A stretch of 63,904 nt of DNA, filler included, from Octopus bimaculoides (Eukaryota), in the NCBI RefSeq assembly GCF_001194135.2. It is 5 parts of 5 records of this genome, joined end to end, with 100 filler letters (N's around TTAATTAATTAA, not from the genome) between each part and the next. Parts side by side here need not be neighbours in the genome. Positions count along the whole stretch, not along the records: positions 1 to 28,540 come from NC_068987.1; positions 28,641 to 34,939 come from NC_068984.1; positions 35,040 to 49,660 come from NC_069001.1; 2 more parts are not named here. One strand, written 5' to 3'. Each line of letters opens with the position of its first letter. Positions within the stretch are counted from its first letter, which is position 1. The notes under the pieces are model-generated. The model did no database searches and was not told the DNA's origin. It saw nothing but the letters and a program-made list of their open reading frames with translations. Positions 23,720 to 35,054 of the stretch are shown one piece after another. The position numbers were made by a program, and so were the translations under genes.

Positions 23720-24750
23720 GTGGTTATTTGCACAGTATATAAATAAGTTTGCATGAAGACTTTGATTTTTAGAAATGGATTTAATGTATTAACGTATAAG
23801 CAGGCGAGAGAGAGAGAGAGGGAGAGGGAGAGAGAGAGAGAGCTCAGTGTGTGGAAGGGTGTTTGTTGAAACCACCAGTACTCATATTTACTTTTAAAGC
23901 TTTAGCGTTATCAAAGTAATGCTAAGCTTAAAGTCCAAGATATGGAGTGTTAGTGTACTGGAATGTTAAATTTCTTTACTTTATCAACTACTATGAGCTG
24001 ATTTTACTAATGCAGTCCAGACAACCACTAATCTCTTTGACTTCTAATATAAATCTTCTCTTACTTGACTTTTCATACCATTTCAGGGTTGATATATGAT
24101 GGTGTATGTTGCGGTTTTGGCCCAATTGTAGAAATGTTTGGTGCAATGTGAACAAGTTTTTTTTTTAGAGAATACACACATAAGATTGGTTTCTGTTTGA
24201 CTAGATATTAAACTTTTTAGAATTCAGATTAAATTGTATTATTATTCCTTTTAAATTAATCAGGCATTGTCTTGTATTTTTGAGATTTTAATGGTGTGAT
24301 TTTGTATTTTTGGAATGTCATTGTAAGTGTGAGAGACCCAATTTGACTGGTTTAAACATTAAAACCGATAGAATATTTTGGTTGGATTTGGCCAGTTTAA
24401 ATGTTAAAGGGTTAAAGCTTCATATTTTATAGCCGGAGAATTTAGGCCTTTTCCATGAGAATTAGAGATGTAAGTTGAAAATGGCTTCATTCAGGGACTG
24501 AATGAAGCCATGGCTTAGAAGTTCAGACCTCTTCAGTTAAGAATAAGAGAAACATGAAGTCAATTTATTGACCTAAAAAAATTTTTTATGTTGGGTGCAG
24601 GTATGATTGTGTGGGTATGAAGTGTTTCCCAATCACTTGGTTTTGGGTTCAGTCTCACTGTGTGGCACTTTGGCCAATTCTACTCTAGCCCCAGACCAAC
24701 CAAACATTTGGGAATAGATTTGGTGGATTAAAACTGAAAGAACTCTGTCA

Positions 24751-25690
24751 TATCATCATCATCATCATCATCATTTAACGTCCGTTGTCCATGCTGGCAT
24801 AGGTTGGGTGGTTTGAATGGGCTGGCATGCTGGAAGGCTATGCCAGGATCCAGTCTGATTTGGCATGGTTTTCTATGGCTGGATGACCTTCCTAACATCA
24901 ACCACTCAGGGTGTAATGGGCACTTTTACATGCCCCTGGCATGAGTGCTATTTGTGTGACACCAGTAGCTGCCACGACTACAATTTTGCTCAGCTTGATA
25001 AGTCTTCTTCTCAAGCACAACATAATGCCAAAGGTCTTGGTTATTGTCTCTGTGAGGCCCAACACTCGAAAAGAGCTCTGCCACCTTGCATCCGTGAGGC
25101 CCAACGCTTGAAAGGTACTCAGCCACCTTGTCTCCATGAAGCCTGTCATTAAGTTTTTTTTTATCTGTGCCACCAGTACAGGTACACTTGGTTTGACAGG
25201 TCCTCTTAAGCAGAGCACATTGCCAAAGGTCTCAGTCACTATTTATTGCCTTTGTGAGGTTCAATGTTTGAAGATCATACTTCACCACCTCATACAAGTG
25301 TTCCTGAGTCTACCTCTATCACAGGACCCCTCCACAGTTAGATCGGTACTTCCTTACACAACTGTCCTCGTTCATATGTATCACATGACCATACCAGCAC
25401 AATCATCTCTCTTGCACACCACATCTGATTCCTCTTATGCCTAATTTTTCTCTCAACTCTGTTGAACATGCACACTGCCGTTGCACATCCAGCAAAGTAT
25501 ACTGGCTTCATTTCTCTCAAGCCTATGCCTGTCCTTGGCTGTCATAGCCCATGTTTCACTGCCATGCATCATAGCTGTTTGCACACAGGGATCAAACAAT
25601 CTACCTTTCACTCTGAGACAGAATCCTTTGTTGCTAGCAGGGGCTAGCTCTCTGAACTTTGCCCAGCCAGTCAGACTTGGCATGGTTTCT
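24751..25690 (-). mobile_element. 5'-truncated RTE LINE: RT C-terminus, 3' UTR and (GAT)n tail
   Basis: WAKFREL...LRVKGRLF..CVQTAMMHGSETW...LERNE...LREKLG...RRL.WYGHV...GRLR on the minus strand, ending in (TGA)n at 24751-24773. Confidence 0.85.
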
Positions 25691-25709
25691 ATGACTGGAT
25701 GCTCTGATG

Positions 25710-25746
<37 letters not shown>

Positions 25747-25968
25747 GCGTGTGTTACTATCTCCTTATCTTGACTTTGCATAATAGTTGCAATGTCTAGC
25801 TTAGGGAAATATTACCTTATTTGGAAATGAGTGAGAGTTGGTAACAAGGTGTCTGGCTGTAGAAAAATCTGCCTCAACAAATTCTGTTTTGACCAATGTA
25901 AGCATGGAAAAATGGACATTCAAACAACGATGATAAATAGATTTTTTGAGCATTGTGCAAAGATATAT

Positions 25969-26032
25969 TGTTTTTGAGATATTCCAGTTATTGGTCACAA
26001 TGTTTTTGAGATATTCCAGTTATTGGTCACAA
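25969..26032. repeat. Perfect 32-bp tandem duplication
   Basis: TGTTTTTGAGATATTCCAGTTATTGGTCACAA at 25969 and 26001. Confidence 0.95.
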
Positions 26033-26451
26033 TATATATCAATTTTTACTACAGTGTTAGCAGAAATGGTAAACTTGCACATTAAATATTTTACCAAATT
26101 TAGTTTTATTACTTTACATTCTGGAGTTGACATTTCCTTTCGACACTCTGACATCAATAATCTAAAATATCATGTATGTGTGCTGCTTACTACTGCAGCC
26201 ACCCATTATGTTGTTTCTTCTTCTCCTTCCTCCCATTAGCCTTGGAGGCCCTGCAAAAGGTTATGGGAGCTGTCTTTGCTTTTCTCAATAATTCATAGAA
26301 AAAGAAAGAAAATGAAATAAAATAATGTCAAATGCAGTGAAACATTTGCATGTAATTGTTTTTGTGATGGTTGGTTATATTAGATTAGGGGTGCAATAAT
26401 TAGATTGCACAAAACACAAATTTTTAATTATATATATTTTTTTTCATGTAG

Positions 26452-26945
<494 letters not shown>

Positions 26946-28013
26946 TTATTTGTAACATTATTGGTAATATTGTAAATGTTATAAATAATTCTATATTTTC
27001 TTTGTGTTTCAAAGGTTGTGGGGTTGCAGCAGAAGGGTTGACCACTGGGCTGATGGAGTCTTGTTTCATGACCATATCGTTTTTGTTCAGTCAGATCCTG
27101 CTAAGACTGTCTTTCACTTCTATTCCTTCTTGAGCTGTTGAAATAAATAACAGCCATTTCAGTGGTTGATTCAGTCTACATTTTCCTTTGAATTTATTGG
27201 CCTTGTGTCAACATAAAAACTTATTTTTTTACTATAGTGTCTGTGTATCCATAGCCTCAATAACTTATTGAAGTTTTGTAAAGGCATGTTGCCTAGTGGT
27301 TAGTCTGTTCAGCTTATCATAAGGTGTAGATTCAATTTTTTGACCACTTAGCATGTTGTTTGTTGGGTAAGACACTTCTTTTCACATTCCTCCACTTAGC
27401 TGCATTGAGGATCAGTCTGGTGTTCGTGCACCCCTCTCTATAGTGGACATCTATATCTGCTTGTGACTACATAGGAACCTGAAGCAATTAGTGAAAGCAT
27501 GGATTTGTTTCCAAGCCATATTTGCTTGTGAGTGATGGCTGGCTATGTTTAATTCTCCAGATCTTGTATCATATACAACAATCATGAATGTGTTGTATGT
27601 GACAGAATCTATAGACAGCAAACTTCTCTGCTGTAATATCAAAATTCATTTGCAGCTACTGGCTGTGGGCTTGGGAGGGCTACTTAACTCGTGTTAGCCT
27701 AGCACATGTAGCTGTATGTATATAAGTGCCATTCACTTCATTTGTTGACAGTAGAAGTAGTGTACAGTTAAGTGTTTCATCTTACCATAATGAGCTGAAA
27801 TCCTCTCATGGGCATGGAGAAGACATTGAAATGGCAGTAATGTGGGGGAACTGTTGAGTGCAAATCCTTTCACAAGGGATCTTGAATTAGGAAGTATTTG
27901 ACAATATCAACAGTAGTAAGGAAGCATAAATGCTTTTAATTCAAGTAAGAGGTACATGTGTGGCCATGTGGTTGAAACCTTTTGTTTTGCTTTCATGTGA
28001 TTTCAGTTTGAAA

Positions 28014-28262
28014 TTTCATGCTTTGTATGGATGGCACATGTTTGCAAGATTGCATTATCTTTGCAACTCTTTCATGTTGTGTACGGATGGCACATGTTTG
28101 CAAGATTGCATTATCTTTGCATCACAAGCTATGTGCAGATTGCACATATGTGCAGTGCCATATTACCTGAGCAGCTCTTTCATGTTGTGCATGGATGGTA
28201 CATGTTTGTAATACTTGCATTACTTGTTATGCATCAATGGCATATGAGCAGTATTGCATTAT
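28014..28262. repeat. About 56-bp tandem repeat: two near-perfect units plus degenerate units
   Basis: ATGGCACATGTTTGCAAGATTGCATTATCTTTGCA at 28031 and 28087, with a diverged copy near 28194. Confidence 0.85.
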
Positions 28263-28540
28263 CTGTGTATTCCTTTCCCACAATTACTTTAAACCTATGA
28301 TCTTGGCAAACTGAATACATAGTCTAGTTTCAATTATTGAGTAGGCTCCTGACATTTGAAAGTTGTTTAAATACAATTGAAACAAGCCATGAATATCACA
28401 AAACAACATTATTCCTTTTCTCTAAAGTTTGTTTCATGCCTATGTGATTTTTTAATAGTGCCTTATTGATAAAGTTGAAGTAAAAAGATAATGATTTAAA
28501 TACATTTTATTTATTTCCATTTTATTGTTTATTTTCAATA

Positions 28541-28640
28541 NNNNNNNNNNNNNNNNNNNNNNNNNNNNNNNNNNNNNNNNNNNNTTAATTAATTAANNNN
28601 NNNNNNNNNNNNNNNNNNNNNNNNNNNNNNNNNNNNNNNN
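28541..28640. other. Artificial scaffold join: 44 N + TTAATTAATTAA + 44 N
   Basis: Palindromic 12-mer at 28585-28596 gives stop codons in all six frames. The same 100-bp geometry occurs four times. Confidence 0.95.
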
Positions 28641-29610
28641 CGCAGAAACAGATGTCGAAACTAGAATACATTTCTATGTATAGCATGAATACAAAATACC
28701 TTGTTGTATTTAGGTAGACCCCTTTAAGATGTGAACTCAAACCTCACCGGGGGTCAACTGTATAATATAGATATGAAATACCAGTCAAATATTTAGAGAT
28801 TGTTTAATCATTTAATGTTTATGTTCTACCCCGCAATGAGAAAGATGATGTCTCATGTAAAAATTAGAAATCTTTATTTAAAATTTCTAACTTGTTTGTG
28901 TTTCATTTACATTTTGTACTTGTATTACGAAGGGACTTGATAATAATTCTCCCTTGGAAAGCACGCTATTACAGTTAATTCTGCAAAGATTGAAATTCTT
29001 TTCGCAATCACGTGATTTTAGACTCGATCCACTGTGCAGTAATTTGGCCAAGTGCCGTAACTTGGATCGACTAAAGCTTTATGAGTAAAATCAGACGGTC
29101 TTTATTTACAAATGGTAAATTTAATTATTTGCTTGGTTTAACAGTATCACCTATAGCAAAACTTTTATCATGTTCGAGGTTTGAGTATATCTTTTAATAT
29201 TGGGTTTTACCTCCCATCCTCTGCCCAATCTTAGAGGAATTTCAAGAGGTCATGAGTTCAACGGTTCCTCCTTTAACGTTTTAACGAAGCTAGAAAGTAA
29301 GAAATCTTTCTAGAACTTAGAGTAACGCGTGAATTTAATTGAACGGTTTTCCACAAGTTGATAACTCAATGTTATAACCCTTCAGTCGTTTAACCTTCAT
29401 TTTCCACTGACAATTTTCTGTACAAAATACAATGCGAAACTGATAACCAAATGCATTTCAATAATGGATATCTTCTTTTTCCTTTCTTTCATTCCCGTTT
29501 TTATTTTCGTCATTTTTTAAAAACTTATCTATTTAAATGATCCATTACGATAATAAATCTTCATCTCTGAAAATCTTTATTTAATTCTTTTTAATTTTGT
29601 TTTCATTTAG

Positions 29611-29643
29611 TTGGTAAAAATAAAACCGAACCAGAAATCCGAA
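29611..29643 (+). CDS. Probable 33-bp linker exon of the VWA protein (xGKNKTEPEIR)
   Basis: Strong TTTTGTTTTCATTTAG acceptor and GTGAGT donor. Phase 1-1, joins the next exon as ...EPEIRKCPAQAD. Confidence 0.6.
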
Positions 29644-30441
29644 GTGAGTATATTCTATCGTTATTTTTTTATTGTTTACGTTTATTATTTCCCCCCTTGG
29701 AATTTAATATTATGAATATAATTAAAACTCAAATCTTATATACTTTGGATAAGAGATTTTACTTGAAATCCAGTTTTCAAAGGAGTATTAACGTTGTATT
29801 TTGGTGAAAAAATCCATTCAGAATACTTCCTACACCTTAAGATCACGTCTCGAGTTCTATGATAAGTCTTTCAATGCTTTGATAAAACGAATTACCTAAT
29901 CATTGCATACAGTGTAACTGACTGAGTATCTCGCATACACTTCTACCGTTACTATAACCGTCAAGCAGGCTCTACGACTGTGTATGTGACAAGGTTGGCT
30001 CCTTTAATTACAGATACAGTTCATTTGGCAAGCTTCCACAGTTTCCTGCTACTGAGTTTATCTTATGCTTGGTTTGATTTCAGGTTCTGTTAGAAGGTAC
30101 AACAATGTTAAAATATTCTTGTACCTCGTTGTTGTTTATTAACATAGTTCTATTAACTGATATATATATATATATATCAGTTAATGGTTTAAAATTTTGG
30201 AATAGGGCCAGCATTTTTTGAGGGGAGGTAAGCAATCTATTACATCGACCCTAGTACTTGACTGGTACTTATTTTGTCGATCTCGGTAAAGACAGACTCA
30301 AAGCATATAGATGGATTAAACATTACTAAGCGTGCTAACAGTCCTTTTTCCAGTATCATCGTTTAATCTAATATATGTATCAGTTATCATATAAATAATA
30401 TATAGTAATTCAGTCTTGCTTCTTTTTCTTTGTTATGAACT

Positions 30442-30508
<67 letters not shown>

Positions 30509-30717
30509 NNNNNNNNNNNNNNNNNNNNNNNNNNNNNNNNNNNNNNNNNNNNNNNNNNNNNNNNNNNNNNNNNNNNNNNNNNNNNNNNNNNNNNNNNNNN
30601 NNNNNNNNNNNNNNNNNNNNNNNNNNNNNNNNNNNNNNNNNNNNNNNNNNNNNNNNNNNNNNNNNNNNNNNNNNNNNNNNNNNNNNNNNNNNNNNNNNNN
30701 NNNNNNNNNTGTGTGTG

Positions 30718-30748
<31 letters not shown>

Positions 30749-30788
30749 GTGTGTGTGGTGTGTGTGGTGTGTGTGTGTGTGTGTGTGT

Positions 30789-31079
30789 GCTGCAGTCAAT
30801 GGAGAATTATCTAGAGAAACGCAAATATTGAGCGGTGTTCCACAAGGAACTGTCCTGGGGCCACTACTGTTCATAGTAAGTAGCCCTTCTGGACATGCCC
30901 ACGGTCACTCGGGCAGCCATTGTCACTGGATACGCTGATGACACAAAACTATCTCAGGCAATAAAGAATCCTGATGATGTCATAAGCCTGCAGAAGGACC
31001 TAAATGCAATATACAAGTGGGCAGAGCAAAATAATATGCGGTTGAATGCTAAAAGATTTCAAGTACTGCGCTACAAGGC
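30789..31079 (+). mobile_element. CR1-clade LINE RT fragment
   Basis: VNGELS...SGVPQGTVLGPLLF, GYADDTKL and LQKDLNAIYKWAEQNNMRLNAKRFQVL, with one frameshift. Confidence 0.9.
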
Positions 31080-31298
31080 CACAAGTGCCCCTCTAACTTT
31101 AAAATTTAATATTTGTTTAATTTAGAGGTAACTACCTCTGGTTCTTAAAAAATCAGTAATCCGAAAAGTCTTTAATACAAAAGTTCCAGAAAATTGATAT
31201 TGTGCCTGTATTTCATAATTATGTCTCTAATTACAAAAGATTTTGTCTTGATTTTTTTTTTTAAATATGTATACATAATTAATTTCTTTCCTGAACAG

Positions 31299-31436
31299 AA
31301 TGTCCTGCACAGGCTGATATCGTCTTCATTTTGGATAGTTCCGGGAGTGTGGGTAGCGCTAACTTCCAAAAAATGCTCCGCTTTGTAGAGACTGTATCGA
31401 AAAGCTTTAATATCGGCCCCGATGAAGTACAGATTG
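31299..31436 (+). CDS. VWA-domain protein (collagen VI/matrilin-like), N-terminal half of the domain
   Basis: CPAQADIVFILDSSGSVGSANFQKMLRFVETVSKSFNIGPDEVQIG with the MIDAS DxSxS motif. CAG acceptor, GTAAGT donor, 138 bp, phase 1-1. Confidence 0.93.
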
Positions 31437-31503
31437 GTAAGTAGTACGCTTATATTGCTTTTATATCATTTTTGTTGTTGTGGATGACGATGATTACGAT
31501 GAT

Positions 31504-31558
<55 letters not shown>

Positions 31559-31634
31559 ATGTTGCTATTGTTGCTGTTGTTGTTGAGGGAGAGAGAGGGA
31601 GGGAGAGTGTGTGTGTGCGTGCGTGCGTGCGTGC

Positions 31635-31703
<69 letters not shown>

Positions 31704-31914
31704 CGTCGGTTAGGTTCATTACTCAAGTGGCAAAAAGCATTAGCGCTGCTTAGAAATAATCATCCATAGTTCAAATCTCAACAGGGACTATGTACATATG
31801 ATGCACATACTGTCAAAACATCTAAGGACGAGCCTAGCTCTCTTGTTAATGTAGACTGTTGATATGCGTTCTAAGGACGAGGATAGTAATCCAGAAAGTT
31901 ATTACATCTTCAAT

Positions 31915-32500
31915 TTTTATTTCGCATTAGACTGCGGCCATGCTGGTGCACCAATTTGAAGAATTCTTAGTGAACTTATTCTTTAAAGCCTGGTTCTTAT
32001 TCTAGCTGTCGTTTTGCCGAACTGGTAAGTTATGGAGATGTAAACACACCAACACCGGCTAGCAAGCGGTGATGCGGGACAAACACAGATACAAAGACAC
32101 ACACTCCTATATATAGAGAGGATAACTCTTCGAAACGCCAGTGTTATAATGGTGGCAGCTGATGAAGGAAATGTTCTCTATGTGGCCTGTGTGCTTTCTG
32201 TACCTTGTTTATCATTTTGTCCATGTTTTTTTTGCTACGTCATGTACCCAGATATGCATCTATATATACATGTAGATGAAGGTATGTACATACATGTACA
32301 TATATATGCATATACTCATGTATTGTATATATATATATATGACGGGCTTCTTTCAGTTTCCGTCTACCAAATCCACTCACAAAGTTTTGGGAGCCCCGAG
32401 GCTACAGTAGAAGACACATGCCCAAGGTTCCACGCAGTGATTGAATCCAGAACCATATGTTTGGGAAGCATGCTTCTTACCATACAACCACACTTGCGCA
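31915..32500 (-). mobile_element. Family-A SINE interrupted by an approximately 225-bp insert
   Basis: Tail at 31915-32105 and head at 32340-32500 are separated by 32110-32335. Confidence 0.75.
32110..32335 (+). mobile_element. Short insert carrying hammerhead-like core boxes in permuted order (Penelope/retrozyme-like)
   Basis: GAAAC at 32132-32136 precedes CTGATGA at 32159-32165. Flanks ATAGAGAG (32113-32120) and TTCTCTAT (32174-32181) are complementary. Confidence 0.45.
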
Positions 32501-32545
32501 TATAATTATCTAAATTATCTATAATTTTTTATGTTATTTTCTTAG

Positions 32546-32971
32546 GTGTCGACACATTTGACAGCGGAAGTCGAACTGAGTTCAACATGAATAAACATAA
32601 AGACCAACAGAGCTTATTAAAGGCAGTCGGCAAGATTCCAACCAGAAGCGGTATGACACATATGGGAGAAGCTCTGAAACGTCTTCGAGAAACTAGCATG
32701 TCTAAGGCGGCTGGAATGAGATCAAATGTAAGCCACATAGCGATTATGATCACTGATGGTAGACCCAATGGTAGACTGAATGTGGTCCAAGAAGCGAAAA
32801 AAGTAAAGGATTCTGGTACAAAACTGTTCACCATTGGTATTGGACCCAGTGTTGACTATAACCAACTGAATGTCATTGCTAGTAAACCAACTAAACAGTT
32901 TGTCTTCAAAGCAGATAACTTCGACTCACTCAAATCTATAGCCTCTATGTTGTCACGCCAATCATGTAACG
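32546..32971 (+). CDS. VWA-domain protein, C-terminal part of the domain
   Basis: GVDTFDSGSRTEF...GMTHMGEAL...IAIMITDGRPN...KLFTIGIG...LNVIAS...FDSL...QSCN supplies the MIDAS Thr and Asp. TAG acceptor, GTAAGC donor, 426 bp, phase 1-1, in frame with the previous exon. Confidence 0.95.
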
Positions 32972-33548
32972 GTAAGCCAAAAGCCTTTAGACATTAAACT
33001 TTTTGTATAGCAGATGTTTATAACTGTTTGGTTCATCCTATAGGAATTTTTCGTTAAGATTTAATCAATGCAGTCACTGCCATTCCCCAGAGCAAAGTTC
33101 CTCTATTGTTCATTGATTCCGTAATTTTTTTGTAACTAGTCTAAACGTTTCAGTTTTAACAATACTACGGAATATTTTCACGTATCTCACGAAATATTCT
33201 AGTCTTAGCACGTCTCTTTATTCATAGTAAATAAGCGTTGTGCATTCTCGTAATCTCTTGTATTTTGTAATCAATCCAGAAACTTCAAATGTTGCTCTAA
33301 ATTTTGATTGTGTAGCATGAAATGATCTTCGAATGTGTTCGGTTTTTATGGAGATATTCTACATACGCACGCATGTAGAATACATACGCACATAGACACA
33401 CACAGATACACTTACGCACGCGCACACGAACGCGCTCACACACTCACGCATACATACATACATACATACATACATACATACATACATACATACATACATA
33501 CATGCATGCATGCATGCATACATACACGCAGACAGACAGACAGACAGA

Positions 33549-34174
33549 GATGCCGGAAAAGCAGCAAAATGTGATAACCGATGCAGACTTTGTGACGTTA
33601 ATACCGTAGATATCACCCACATCATAAACAGTTCTCCGAAAATGTCATCATGATATTACTTACCGATGAGACATGATGTTGTAGCTTGGACGCTGTATAA
33701 TGAGATCCGTCGGAAGGATAACCCTGAGGCCAAAGAAATAATAACCTACAGTATTGTAGAAGTTATAGCCACTCATATTAAAATGGAGTACTGGTGGAAG
33801 GTCCCAGTGAAACCTTAATAAACTGTAAACACAATAGACCTGGCATAGTAATTTGGGATAGACATTACAAACTGTTTACAGTTGTGGAAATCAGCTACCC
33901 AGCGGATGTTAAAATAAAGCTAATGATCAGCGAAAAACGAAATATCGACGTTGAACTATTGAGCAATTTAAAGCAACTCTATCCGGATTACAAGTTCAGG
34001 TTTATACCTGTAATTATTGGGACACTTGGATATATAATACACTGTCTAAATACCAATGTTTAGAAATTAGGTTTCTCAAAACCAGAAAGGAGAAAGCTGA
34101 TTCGAAGACTACAGATCCAAGTCATCACCGGAACTGTAAAAATCTGTAAAATTTTCCAGACGTTCATTATTTAA
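33549..34174 (+). mobile_element. 5'-truncated R4/Dong-like (restriction-like endonuclease) non-LTR retrotransposon, 3' coding end
   Basis: CRLCDVNTVDITHIINS (degenerate CCHC), RHDVVA, HNRPGIVIWD...VEISYPAD...EK and IPVIIGTLG motifs in order, with a frameshift and a stop. Confidence 0.85.
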
Positions 34175-34340
34175 GTATATATGAGCATGTCCAGAGATGC
34201 TCAAATATATGCATGAGATCATATACATAAAACAAAGCATACAAATCTGCAAATATACATTCATACATACTAAAATATCCTGTTGATGTTGAAATTCCAA
34301 TGAAGGAGCCTCTCTCCATTTCTTAACGTCTAAATCCTTT

Positions 34341-34368
34341 CCGTCGAAGATCTTAGGCTCGAAACATC
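34341..34368 (+). other. Degenerate minimal hammerhead-like motif of Penelope type
   Basis: CCGTCGA-A-GATC-TTAG-GCTC-GAAAC-ATC resembles CTGACGA-A-GAGC-loop-GCTC-GAAAC-GTC with several substitutions. Confidence 0.3.
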
Positions 34369-34736
34369 GAAGACTTTTCAATTCTTCCTGAACGTCAAAC
34401 TAATACACCTGCTTGTCTTTCGTTTTCTGTAAGTTTGAACTATCGTTAAGACATCATGGAGAAGAATAGAAGAATATATATCTTCGATTGGAGAGCAACT
34501 CCCACCCTTTCTTTCACTACTCAGAGACGCTCTGAAACGGTAGATAGCATTGTTTACCATCCATTCGGTAAGGTGTCTTTTACTTGTTTCAGTCATTTGA
34601 CTGCGGACATGCAAGGGCACTGGTTAAAGAATCGACCCAAGTTCTTGTTCTATCGGTTTCTTTTGCAAAACTGCTAGGTTACAGGGGCATAACCATCAAA
34701 ATACACACACACACACACACAATGCACACAAACATA

Positions 34737-34781
<45 letters not shown>

Positions 34782-34793
34782 AATTATTTTAAA

Positions 34794-34939
34794 TATTGTG
34801 TTGTCCGGAAAGTTCGTGCCGATTTTTAAAGGAAAGAAAAAGGTCAATAAATACGTGCCGTTACATTTTTAATCAACTAAATATGAACTATTTTGTTGCA
34901 CAATGCGTCTCCATCTTTCCTTTAACTTGAAAATACCCT
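34794..34939 (+). mobile_element. Left end of a mariner element, cut by the scaffold join
   Basis: TATTGTGTTGTCCGGAAAGTTCGTGCCGATTT resembles a mariner TIR start after TA, and the sequence runs into the gap. Confidence 0.55.
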
Positions 34940-35039
34940 NNNNNNNNNNNNNNNNNNNNNNNNNNNNNNNNNNNNNNNNNNNNTTAATTAATTAANNNNN
35001 NNNNNNNNNNNNNNNNNNNNNNNNNNNNNNNNNNNNNNN
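34940..35039. other. Artificial scaffold join with six-frame stop linker
   Basis: TTAATTAATTAA at 34984-34995 between two 44-N runs. Confidence 0.95.
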
Positions 35040-35054
35040 ACACAGAAATTATCA

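Noticed and set aside
28641-34939. VWA gene nested in an ADH3 intron
   Set aside because: The segment is bounded on both sides by artificial linkers, so its position relative to ADH3 is unsupported.
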